Shown one piece after another: positions 12,305 to 24,531 of a stretch of DNA of 64,000 nt (the stretch's first letter is position 1; each line of letters opens with the position of its first letter). The notes under the pieces were generated by a model that was given only the letters and a program-made list of their open reading frames with translations, was not told where the DNA came from and ran no database searches. Origin of the DNA: Rhodosorus marinus CCMP1338. Lineage: Eukaryota; Plantae; Rhodophyta. A program made the position numbers and the translations under genes. The DNA lies in the NCBI GenBank assembly GCA_029953675.1, contig JAMWBK010000005.1, positions 248,001 to 312,000 on the forward strand, given 5' to 3'.

Positions 12305-12968
12305 TTAAAGCCTAAGCTTTTCAACTTTTTCGTCCGCATCATCAAGCTGAGACTCGTCTTCAATCACTACGTCGCAGACTTCTGGGATACGATTTTGCAG
12401 ATATAGGGAAACACGGGCCAGCTGTTATAGAGAGACGGAACACCGTACAGGAGGATCCTTTGCGATCAGTAAGAACATCCGAGTTCGCTTTGTGTCGGCA
12501 GCTATCTAGCGCTTACCACGTCACTTTTTTTATGCCAGAATCTCCCGGTAAGCCTGAGAACCACGGTCACGCCGTCGAGCTCGGCAAGGCTTACATCCCT
12601 ATTCACAATGGTGAAGAGCACGATCTTTAGAACTACGGAGGTTCAAGAAGAACGCACGTTGAAGCAAGGAGGTCAGTCGCTTCCTTTGCTCTGGTGATAA
12701 CAAAAAAATAAAAACCCTACCCTGTGATCCCAACTTCTCGATTCTCTTCAGAGTTCCCAAAAATAGTCCCGAGCTTAGTTTTCGCTTCTTCCAGGACGAT
12801 GTTAACATTTTCTTCCGATAAATAGGTCGTGTCATCCTGGCACCGCACCACAACTCTCCGGCAACCCCGTGCCCTACTAGTTCGCAACAAACGAATTGAA
12901 GCCGGACTGCTTTGAGTTGCGTTCAGCAATCCACCACCGACAAAGCTATTGATAAAACCAACATCCAT
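12305..12968 (-). CDS. Plastid-targeted NFU/NifU-C-fold protein without the CxxC motif; 3 exons
   Basis: Transit peptide MDVGFINS...VVRC. Spliced core LSEENVNIVLEEAK...GITG|DVSLAELDGVTVVLRLTGRFWHKKSDV|LARVSLYLQNRIPEVCDVVIEDESQLDD. Confidence 0.8.
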
Positions 12969-13261
12969 TCTATGTCAACCCGATCAGTGTCCGTTCTCCA
13001 AAATTTAGATCGTAGGAACCCAAGCAAGCCGATTGCATCCCCGCGTGCAATCCAATCCCTCCTCTGAAGATTTCAATGAGAGAGAGCTTGTCGAGGGAAG
13101 TGCAATCCAGCCGCGCCCGAAGACACGTCAACACGCTATTTCCGGCGGGTTCGCTAAAGGGATGTTGAATTCTTACTGAAACGGGCTGCGCGTTCGATGC
13201 CAAAAGCTGCTCTGCTACAACGACTATGAGATTTCAGGTTCTAGCATTATCAAGAACGAGA

Positions 13262-15606
13262 CTACGCCTGTATGAGCTCCAGAATTGCTTCGGGCACTTC
13301 TGTCTTGTGGTCTTGACATTCGCCAATGAATCTACGGAGCATTTCAAGACCCTCGGCATCGTGTCTAAAAGAGCTTCGAACCTCCTCTTTGGAGATGAGA
13401 GCCAAGAAGGCCGATGCAAAGTCCCTCGAGTGTGGTGGGCCCTATTTAGACGAAGAGAAGGGGAATGTGAGCTATGCAGCCGGATCCAGCAGGACCACTA
13501 CTGTTCTCAAGAGTGAGGTTGAAAACTCCGCGTACCGCCAGACCCAACATTAGCTTGACGAAGTTCCTTAACAGGCTAATATCTTCGCTTGCCCAGTTCG
13601 AAACTACCTCGAGCACTGGTAACGCGATTCCGAGTCTCGAGATATCAATCAAGTGCTCCGTATAGATCTTCCTGATATCCAGCCATGTCAGCTCATCGAG
13701 CTCTGCTGATTTGCTGTCGAATGCTTTTGCAGTAACTTGAAGGACATCTTGACGCAGAAGTGGGTGAATCTCAGCGATTCTTGTCGATATGTTCAGATAG
13801 TAGGGAACGACAACCTTACGACAAGACAACATCCGATCCAAACTGCTCAGCGCGGGCATTCGATTAATCAAGTTGGTTCATCGTAGAAAGAAGAAGTTCC
13901 TCTGACTGGAGGAACGCTCATACCTTTAGGTCCATAGGCTTCGGGTTCTCGCACAATCCATGCTGGATCCAAATAAGCACTCCAGCGGAAACGCATGCAT
14001 GAACAATCTCCTGCTTGAGAGGGCCGAGAACGCGTCTGTGAAGGGCCGATCTCGGGACTCCCGAAGGATGGTTGGCGCAAAGTTCTGAAGTCTGCTTCAA
14101 GGAGCTAGAGGAAGAACCAGGGCAAGATACAAGTTAGAAAATGCCACTTACACTTTGACATAGAACCTTGGTGGCAACAACAGTCTCACTTTGACAAAGA
14201 TTCAGCCGTCGAACTTTCCGTAGATATAGACTTCGCGATGACCTCAGAGAGCAGCTCCCGACCCTTTGGGTCAGTTGCACCGTAACCCCCGGGCACAAAC
14301 AGAGCAAAGAGCAGCCTCTGCAAGACTTGAGGAAGACAAATTGGGTCCGACAGACCCTTCCCTCCCTTCTTCACGTAGCTTTTAAGCACTTCGATATCCT
14401 CTAATGTGGGAGTTCCAAACATCGTCTTCATGAGAGCATCGAGGATCTTTTCAACGTCATCTGGTGCATGTCGAATCGAAACGGGGTCAAGCGGGTTAGC
14501 CCTCTCGCGCTGTTGAATCGGACAGAAGTCTTTGCGAAAGACGGCAACCAGAAGCAAGCTAGTGATGAATGGGACAGTAACTTTCTCACCATTACCGTTC
14601 CAGGAGAATAGCAGAGCGATGCGGAGAACAAAGGCCAAACCCTGCTCTGATCCTGAACTCTGCTTTATGGCCTCTGCTTGTATCTCCTGAAGAATACGGC
14701 TTAGGAGCTTTTGTTTCTGCCCTGATGAGTTCCGTAACGCCTCGCTGAGCACCCTAGACGTATACACAAACGACCTGTTCGGTCGGACGGGATACGAGTT
14801 GCGTGAGTATCAAGTCTGTCCTTGCTCAATTCGAGGGATGTACGCTGAAGGTGAGGGCAAATTTACCGTTCGTCAAAGCAAGCGAGCTTCGCAAGTCTGT
14901 TCATTTCCGCTTGGAATTCTGCGTCAGTAGTCGCAGAAGTCGCCCCCAACACACCCTCAGTTAATAATGTAGTAAATACGTGAGGGTCCTCAAGGGCCGT
15001 GATGTTCATCCCATTGCCTGACGTTCCTCCAATATCTGAAACGCTGATCGCCATGTCCATCCTTCGGATAGCGTAATCAAGGACTGCGCTTGACTGATAA
15101 GGGGCAAAAGTAGGAGGAAGTGGACAGATTGAGGCATTAGATCATACATGCGTGAGTGAAGCAAGTGGAGCTTGCTGTGCCGTATTGGTGGCTTTGGCCG
15201 TGCTTGTGAATACCTTTGTGCCGCTGTTCAGTTTACGCAGTACAGAACACCAAAAAGGATCGCGGATCATACTCTCAAGCCAGTCTGGAGCCTTCCCAGT
15301 CTCCAGGAATATCTGATCCGCTAGTTTAGGATCGAATTTCTGTATCACAAGGTTTTCCAAGCACGAGTTTGCCACCTCATCCGATGCCTCACCAGAATCC
15401 TTCTTCAGCGCAGTTAGCCAGATGGACAGCTGTGCACAGGCTGCCTCATATCCTACGAAGCCATCCACAAGCGCTTGCCGCACGTTTTTCTCATCACCCC
15501 CACAACTCAAGTACTCCTCTACTAAACCAATCACACCTGGATGGCTGAGTCGATCCACACGCCTGAGCTCAACTAAGAGCTCTTCCGCCTTCTCAAGATC
15601 CCCCAT
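13262..15606 (-). CDS. NELFCD: Negative elongation factor C/D (TH1-like); multi-exon
   Basis: Colinear with TH1L as I recall it: EYLSCGG, QKFDPKLADQIFLETGKAPDWLESMIRDPFW, LDYAIRRM, IAEIHPLLRQDVLQ, ALPVLEVV, EDISLLRNFV, GPPHSRDFASAFL. ATG at 15606, stop at 13264-13262. Confidence 0.85.
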
Positions 15607-16576
15607 GACCCCAATCTCAAATTCGTCAACAAACCCAAATCCTAATCAATCGATGACTTTGGCAACCATCTATTGTATCCAGAAGTCACCACCTTGCCCT
15701 TTCCCAATTTAAGAAGAAGCGCAAGTTCAGTCCACCGGCGACTAGTCAAGTTGAACTGTTCCTTGCTGTCACTTTCTTTATCTCCCGCGATAACAAGGAC
15801 AAGAGCCTCCAAGAGCAGGATCGGCAGAGGAAAAGGCCAACGCGTAACATCTATGAGCCAACCCGCCCAATGTCGATGTCCTTTGCTGATAGATGCAAAG
15901 CGTTATGATGAGCTTTGCTATAGTAGCATGGACACAGTGGGGCGGTTGAACAACCTCGGAACGAATTCCGCCAAAAAAAAAATAGCTTGAGAATGAGGAA
16001 TGAGGAATGCAAGCTGGTGGTGTGGGTGGACATGCACCTTTGAAGCACATAGTTCCGCCGGAATATCTTGCAAGTCGAGGAAGAGCGTTCTTCACTTCCA
16101 TCTGTGACGCAGCCGTTCGGACTGTTCGTAACTATTGTTGATAGTTTTGCTAGGGAGGGACATTCATGAAAGAGACTGATTTCCAAAGTCAACTCGCATC
16201 AGCTGTACTGAACGTCCGAACTCCGAGTGTTGAAGGTCCCCCACAACAAACAATAGCTCGACGGTCCGGAAACACACAGAGTTGAGAGGGAAGATGCTGA
16301 TATATGCAAGTCAACTGCTCAACCGAAACGGCGCTCATACAATTTTGATTCGAACGCCAAGTACAGGCTCAAGTCCATCTCTTGTGCGGTCATTACAATC
16401 GTTATTCAGCAGTTAAAAAGCACCGATATTTACAAATCCTACAGTTGACCTCTACCCGTGGAGCTCCGGGTTTCTCTAAGGTCTTGCTCTACTCTATGTA
16501 CAGGTTTCTTCCTCACTGGATCATACAAAACTTATCTCCCGCATTATCATCAAGCTCTCAACGGCGCTGCGCATTT

Positions 16577-19500
16577 TCAGCTATCGTCAGGATCATCAAA
16601 CGCGCGGGCCAGGTCGATTGGAACCTGAGCATGAAGTGCTTCCGTCCTTCGTCTTGCAGCTACAGGATCCTTAAACTGGCCCTGGGATTTCCCGGGAATG
16701 ATGAGCGGTTGGTCTAAATCCAGCACAGCTCGAACCTTTGCACTTCCCTCGGGAACTCCGAAAGCGATTCCCAGCTTCTCGCGGATGAATGTCTTCAAAG
16801 CGTTCCTTCCGCTCTTCTTGCCAGATGATAGTATTTTGCTCACGAGCTCCTCGACGGATTGCGCAGAAACGTTCGAAGCATAAACGAGCCAGGACGCGGA
16901 TTGCTGTGGCGAACTAGTTATCACACTCAGCAGAACCGTAACCACACTCTCATGTACGGAATGAAGAGATGCCTTGCATAGCGCCTGCATACTAGCTTGC
17001 AGTACCGGTTCTGGCTGAAACAAGGCCATTCCCTGCAGTGCAAAAGCGTGAATATTAGTGGGCAAGGATGCAAACTTTTCTAATGTTGCGGTGGCACACC
17101 TTAAGAATTGTTTGGGACGCGCTCTCCGAAGCTTGCGAATCGAACGATGACATTGACTGTAGCAACAACGCTCGGAATCCCTCCGGAAAATGATCTTCAA
17201 GCCCTTCTCCCAATCTTCCCGCTGCGCGTAAAGCGGGTTCCCGAACGGCGTCCACGCAAGCTCTCTGCACAAGTCTCCAAGTGTGGTCCAACGCAATGCT
17301 CTCCGAGGTGCTCTCAACTGAATTCAATCTAGAAACGCCGTCAACGATCCTCGCCTGAATTCCGGTCACGGTGTTCACTAACGAAGCACAGAACGTCTCC
17401 CCGCAGGTGCGGAGGACCAGCCGCACCACTACACGAACAAACGAGTAGATGCTAACGGGCTCCAGAACAGAAACAGACTCTAGGACATTCGAGAACACCA
17501 TCTCCTGTACTATGAGACCGTCTGAAAGATTCTTTGAGCAAGCATTTGCAATGACCTCATAAGTAGAGTCGCGCAGTTTCCCAACGAACTGTTGTCTGGC
17601 AACGCTCGCTTCGTCTCCCAAAGTCACCCCCATCTGCTGCAATCGATCCATCGCGTCCTTTGAACCAGGAGCGGCCTCCAAGTTCAGGATCACAACTAGC
17701 TCTCGAGCAGTCGGTGGAGGATTTAACTCGTGAATCGATCGCATGAGCAGTACCATAGACTCCAGGACTGCCGGGAAAACTTTCCTGTTCAATGCACCTG
17801 TTCACCGGCGGAAGCTAAAGATTAGTCCGAAACCTTCCATGGTACAAGACGCTGCCAAAACCACTCACTTGTGCGAACGCCGTGTGAAGCGACTTCGCAG
17901 GTATGGACGACCTCAGACAAACGCTCCCTAGCAATGACATCCATACTCAGCGCGTTGAACTTGCTCAAGTTTTCAAGCACTCCGGCCGCTCTAAACTCGA
18001 CCAACATGTTCAAAGTTCCCTGCAACAGAGACTCAAGATACAACGACTGGTCCGCCAAGGATGAGAAGTGGTTGGAACCATGTGCAGCAGCCTCCAGTAG
18101 CTGCAAGCGCTCCTCATGCCTCAAGTCGTCCCCTAAACGAATACGGACAATGGGTTAAGACTCCCTGTTCAGCTTCCAACAGCGAGAATATCAATTTCGT
18201 CAACTCGGGTATCCGGCACTTACTGGAACTATCGAGCAGTGGAGTTATCCTAGGCAGAAGATGAGGTAGGAGAATTGCTAGATCCTCTTCCCCCAACCTG
18301 CGAGATACTCTCAGAAGAGAGACGGAGCTCCTCATTCTCACATTGCAAGTTCCCTCGGACAGTTGATCAACCGGCGTTGCTTTCTCTTCTGGCGCTCTAT
18401 ACATTGAGAGAGAAAGCAAAACCTGACGCAGCGGAAGAAGTCCGAAGCGATGGTGAGCCCTATGCTCTGGAATCCTCAAGCACTAAGCACGCTTGACACA
18501 AAGAGACTCATGACGAAACCACTGGATTGGACCGCCGAACGCCTTCTACCCCAGAATATCCGTTTCCGTTGCCTTACCTCGCTAGCTTCAAGCCAGGGGA
18601 GGCCAAGAGAGACCTTTAAGCATGCGAAAGCGGAAAGTGCGTGAGCGGCGAGTGCAACAAGTTCAACAGGGCAGCTGCTTTTTGCCACGGCTTGCATGTC
18701 CCAAAAAGCCTCTCTGAGGAACTCTCTTTCTGCCGAATCGACGTCCTGCAATGTGGTCACTACTCCATCCACGAGAACCGTGAGGCCTAGTAGGGCTGTC
18801 CAAAGATCTATCGTTAAACCAAGAGACTGGTTGCCCTCCTGTTCAAAGGAGAACCCCGAATTCGGGCGGGGGGATTGAAATTCCGAAGCTGCTCTGCTGT
18901 AAAGGATACATAGCCTCTTAAGTACCTGAGAAAAGGTTCAAGGTGCATAAGCAAAATGTAAGTCTCCAATGTGCTCTCCTCCGCTGACTGAGAAAAAAAG
19001 AAACAACTGATGACTCTCGATCGCGTTTTCCATTCGGCGACTGCAGTACCACTGTCTGTGAAACTTTGACTGCCGTTCTTGCACAATCTATCGCGGATGA
19101 TCGTGCCTTAACGAAGGCCGCGAGAATTTCCTCCGGCTGTTCTAAATCATCGGATAGTAGCAAGTTAATTTGTTTTCTGCCCGCTCTCTTTGCTCCCTCT
19201 ATTCGTGCGAGGTCATAAGCCATGACCTAGGAAAGGAATAAGAACATTTCCACAATGTTAGTCAGCATCACCTTTCTCCTCTCCAATGCAAGTACCACAG
19301 ACTATCACGTGGCGCCTGAGATTTCTGTCCATGCTTACAGAGACTAGCGCACTCGCCATGTCCGACATCAAGTTCCGATCTGAAAACGTAGTCCGCAGGT
19401 AAGCGTGCCAGAACGCGACTGCCTCGGAGACAACGGCCAGGCTTCTATGGCAGACCATGCGAAGCATCATCTCTAGAAATGGTAGCAATCCCGTACGGAT

Positions 19501-20925
19501 GTCATCGCTTGAAGCTCCAGAATGCTGCCCAAAGGCAGGTTCTAGGAACGACGTTCCTTGTCGAAGAAAATTCAAATAGGATGGAAATTCTTTAAGCACG
19601 CCTGCACTCGAAAGCCGGTTAAAGCTTGACATTTAGGCGTTGAAGCTGTACCACCAGTTGCGAAGATGTGACACAGACGCCTCTGAAACTCTGGATGGTC
19701 TTCGGCGTACGCAGCCTCAAGCGCGTGAAGGTCAATTATGGTCTTCATTAGCAGTGGAAAGTAGTTGTCACGAAGCAGCTTCTCGCAGTTTCTAGCAGAT
19801 GAACCTGATGCAGCAAGTTGCATGAAGAGAACGGTTACTGGTTCAAGTTGGTAAAGGAGCGAGTTTGCCCGTGTTTCTGGCATACCTCGTGTTGAGACTA
19901 GAATATCCAAGCAGTCCAAGGCAGAATCTCGAAGCTCTTCGTCCGCGAGGAGATGTACACAGGCCTCAAACACGTTGAACTCGAAGACGACGTAGAGCGG
20001 TGAAAAGTTCACTAAAGACTCTATTGCTGACAGAGCTGCGAGAAGGAGGTCCGCGTCGTGCTGCCCAGCTTGCCTGAAGATAGAACGAGGGGGGCCACGC
20101 ATTATCTGAGCTATTCAGCAGCCGCTGGGGAACCTTGGAAGACTCGGGGGTGGTCATCAGGGCAACCGTAGTGCAGAAGGCCCAGTCACTGCGTACCTTT
20201 TCGTATACTCCTGGGTGGCCAAGCCACAGAGGAAAGGGAAAATGGTCTGCAATGAGACGACAAGGGCCGCAGATATTTTCTGTTTTCTGCTGGCGACGAT
20301 TGTCTCCTGTGAGTTAACAACCTCGTCGCCCAGGAAACGGATTGCGGCGCATGCTATCTTTGCTTGGTCGTCCCCTGAACTACCAATCTCAACCTGCGAG
20401 TGTTTTTGAAGGCGTTGCCAGAGCGAGAATGTTGTTGATGTTCAAAATGAGTGCAACAAATGCAATGCAACGATCATCAGCAGCGGTGGAAACATTATCA
20501 CGAGAAGCAGATATCTCCAGACTAACCAGTTCATCAATGAACGTCGGCCACCTCTGAGGCCAATCTCTAACGGCAATGTCAGCAGCAACCAACGCAAGCG
20601 TTTCCGCCACGTTGCTTCTCCATCCGGGCTTTCTGAGGAGATTAAACAGTTGCGTTTTCGCTACGGATGCGGTGTGTTCATCCAGGGTCTGCCATTTCGT
20701 TTTGATGACGCCATCTCTCCAGAGATGCATGGCGATCAGTTTCGCTGCATCGCTGAACCCCGCACCGTTCAAAATCTCCACGGCTAGAGATATCAGCAAC
20801 TCCGGCGAAGACTCCTGCTTCAAGGATTCGAGGTACTCCTGGACCTGTTTGAGAACGCGCTCCTCTCCAGTACCAGATTCCAACAGCGATCCCGCCTCAG
20901 CGGTCCTCGCCAAATGTTCCTCCAT
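16577..20925 (-). CDS. XPO5: Exportin-5-like karyopherin-beta; many introns
   Basis: Importin-beta N-terminal helices, then the Xpo1-domain motif DIAVRDWPQRWPTFIDEL. HEAT-like helical exons run over 4.3 kb. The C-terminus KTFIREKLGIAFG fits XPO5 better than XPO1 or XPOT, but the paralog call is tentative. Confidence 0.7.
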
Positions 20926-21799
20926 AAACTTTCACATGATCAACAAAATTCACCAGACTGCGTTATGTTGCCACGTGTACATCAACCAAGGTTCTCTTAA
21001 GCAGGGCAAAATCTAACCTGACACATCCAGCAACCCCATCATCCCCTCCTCAAACAGAAAACCTAGACGCTTTCTAAAGTGCACCTCCAGAACCCCCCCA
21101 AACTGAACAAATATCCAAATCGAGCAATTAAATACAAACAAAACAAGGAAATTATGACTGAATCTAGTCATTATATATTCCAACCCCAATCGATTGGTCG
21201 AAATACACCAATCACCAAACCTAAGAAAAGCTTACACTCCTCCATATCGAATCAAACACGAAAAAAGATTGATGTCACATCCACAACGTCTAATTGGATA
21301 TCAGATTTTCTACCAATTAAATATCGCCATGTGTCCATAATGCATCAAAAGAATGCAGAAATTGAAACTGTTCTTATTTTATTTAAATATATTTGTTTTT
21401 TTGGTGGGGGGGGGAAGGGTTTGGATTGTAGTAGGGTGATTGGAATGACTGCCGCACCCCCTCAAAAACGCCAACAACACTCAGGAGGTGCCGAAGGCCG
21501 ATGACCTCGAGCGGTGACACACACAATAGTTGCATTGATTTAGGAGCAACGGTTGGGGTTGGGGAGGGTGGGAATTCTATGGGATCGATATTTTTCAAGC
21601 AGGGTGAGAATAGAGAACAGTAAGAGATTTTGATATTCTTTTGGTGATGCAAGACTGGTTTTTGGTGTGAGTGGATGGTTTGATGCTTGGGGGGGAGATT
21701 TAAAGAAAGGAGTGAGTTGTGGAGTTTTCTAGTGGGTGTGGTTGGATGGACTTGGTTTGAGTGGGGGAGGGGTTGGGGATTGTGTGAAGGTTGAGGAGA

Positions 21800-23278
21800 A
21801 TGGGGGTATTGGATGGAAAGGTTTATGGTGAAGTTGGGAGGTTGGGAGCTGCAGCCCGAGGAGCGGGGAGTGGAGTGGGGTTGGCGAGGCGGGCGAAGGG
21901 CTTGGTAGAATGTTACTTGAAACTTGGCAAGCACAAGCTCTCTGCGCTTGTAACGTACACGGGAGCGGTGGGGTATGTTCTAGCTTGTATGGATGACAGG
22001 GAGAGAGTGGCATGGCAACGACAAGAAGTTCTCAAGTCTTCGCTTTGTTCTTCCTTCCTCTAGGTTCATAATGGGATCAGCGTATTCCGCCAATGGACTT
22101 GTTGACTATGAAATGCTCGGTTGGACTAGCGTTGGCACCGCGTTCTGCGCTGCTTCGGCGAACTGCTTGAATCAAATTTACGAAATCAAGCGTGATGCAG
22201 TGATGTCCAGGACTAACGCGCGACCACTGCCTGCTGGAAGAGTTTCTAAACTGCATGCCCTCGGTTTTGCGGCCGTTACCGGCATATTAGGTACATCTGA
22301 AACTTGACCTGGACGATAGCTCTAATTTAGAGACTGGTATGTTGATTTGTATCGGTTGCTAATCCTCTGCCGCCAATTCTACTTAGGTTATGGAATTCTT
22401 GATAGGAAGACTGATAGAACAACTGCAAATCTGGGGCTAGCGAACATCGTTTTATATGCCGGAGTCTATACGCCGCTAAAGGTTATACATCCAATCAATA
22501 CGTAAGTCGGTTTTCTATTCGATCTGCGGAACGAACATTTTGCAAGTCTTGCTCACGCCTTTGTGCTACCATGCGCCGACGATAGATGGGTTGGTGCGGT
22601 AGTTGGTGCTATTCCCCCGCTCATGGGGTGGAGCGCTGCGAATGCGGGAGATCTCTCCCATACGAATGCATGGTTGCTGGGTGGGGCACTTTTTGTGTGG
22701 CAGATTCCGCACTTCCATGCCTTGGCTGCACTATACGCGAAGGACTACACCAAGGGCGGATACAAGATGCTAGCTCAGGTAGGCGACTTGAAAAACCTCA
22801 GCTGTGAATAATGCAAGCGGTTTTTGTGAGGATCCTGAACACCTGCTTGTCTCTATCTGCGGATCGCTTCAGTCGAACCCCAAGCTCAACGCCAGACTAG
22901 GCGCGTGGATGGCGTACACGCTTCTTCCGCTAGGTCCCTTAGCTGTGCACAGTCACATGACTTCCCCAGTGTTTGCGGTGAGATCAATTACAATAATCCT
23001 ATGGCCCGCGCTTCAACATGCCAGAATCTATTCACCGCGAAGCTGCTGACTTGTGTCATGAATCCATTTAGGTTGAATCACTGGGGCTTAATTTATGGAT
23101 GATTCGCAGCGCGGAGAAAATGCTGGAGAATCCCGTGTCCACAGCAGCAGCCAGATCGTGTTTCAGGGCCAGTATCACGTACCTCCCGCTTGTCCTGGCT
23201 GCCCTTGTGATTCACAAGAAAACACCAAAGGATGTGCAACAGCAAGAAGGCGAGGCAAAGCTGACAAGTTCGAGGTAG
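21800..23278 (+). CDS. COX10: Protoheme IX farnesyltransferase (heme O synthase); multi-exon; start uncertain
   Basis: UbiA-family motifs [65 protein letters not shown]...[18 protein letters not shown]. Confidence 0.93.
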
Positions 23279-24531
23279 CCATTGCGCTTCTTTCACTTCA
23301 CTGGCGCCTGCACTGTTTTTGAAACTAGCTCATTCATTCTGAATTCATTCTGAATTTGTTGTGGCAATTTCTCGGCCCGTCCGCTTTACCTAGGCCTCAA
23401 GCGTATACAACAGTCTTTGCTTCGTTTCCTCTACTGCCATGTCCGAGCTTTCTTATTCAGACGCCTGAGCAGAAGGGACTAGTGGCGGAAACGACGACAG
23501 AGTTGGAAAAGTAGGGAGAGTCGGTAATGGAGTTGCAGAATATGAACAGATAGCAGATTGCGCCCCACCGTCATCAATGTGAATACGCGGACCACTAAAC
23601 AGTAAATTAACTTAAGATTTTAACAGCTCTTGCGCACAGAGCGGGTGAGGGACTATGACAAGCTTAAAAGCTGGATTCATATTCCACGCCGTGATTCCGG
23701 CAGAAACCAATCATGGAGTTTTTCAACTCGTTCACTTTGATGCGTTTCAAGGGGTATGAACACTTTGTGTAGACTACACATCGATGGTGATTCCTATGGT
23801 CTACCTGTCATTGCTCCTGCGGGACTTGAAACATTCCAAGGGCGCATCAAATTCACCTCTTGTGATGACGGCTGCACAGCAGTGCGACACAAACAGAAAG
23901 TGACCGGGAACAACTTCTGCTAAAGACAAATCTGACACAATCCCACTCCTCATGGTTTTCATGACTCCCGAAAAACCCCGTGACAGCATTGAAAAAGTGT
24001 GTTTGGCAATACCAAAACCCGGAGCTTCATTCACGGTCAAGGTCAACTTCCCGCGAGCCCCTGAGACTCAATTCCCATACCTATTTCTACGAGGCATCCT
24101 TCCCAGATCCACATCATCCCTGAGGCTTCAAGATGTTGGTGGTCAACATTGACCAGCCTCTTCCTTATCGGTCCTTATCATTAGAGAAAGGACTCTATTG
24201 ATACCTAAAATGTCAATGTAGGCTACCCCGCTTCCAATCCAAAAGCGTGTCTGATATGATCAATTCGATAGAAACGAGATTACATCGGCGTAATTTGTTT
24301 TGGGAAACAAAAGATCTTGGGGAGATATTTTTAAGCATCCTCTCTAAGCTTTTTGATCCAAAGATCAGTTAGAGTTATTGGACGACGTCTCTGGATCGGG
24401 GTCTCGTATCCACGCTCTTTGGTGGATAGCGAGAGCGGAGTAGGGCTGAAGCTATCGCAGCGGAGTAGGATTGGACGAGGGACGGTGGTTTGGGATTGGA
24501 CTGACTCGGCAGCAGTCTGGTTGATATCAGG

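Noticed and set aside
15700-16340. Possible small gene between NELF-C/D and exportin-5
   Set aside because: No consistent ATG-to-stop spliced model was found on either strand.
13262-20925. Adjacent, co-oriented exportin-5 and NELF-C/D genes as a functional RNA cluster
   Set aside because: Adjacency in a gene-dense eukaryotic genome is expected by chance, and no synteny evidence is available.
21380-22063. G/C-skewed tract with Pro/His-rich minus-strand ORFs
   Set aside because: This is compositional skew at the divergent XPO5/COX10 promoter and the COX10 presequence; the minus ORFs are shadows.
23440-24152. Protein-like fragments downstream of COX10 (e.g. KPGASFTVKVNF)
   Set aside because: The frames are short and cannot be joined, and no family was recognised.
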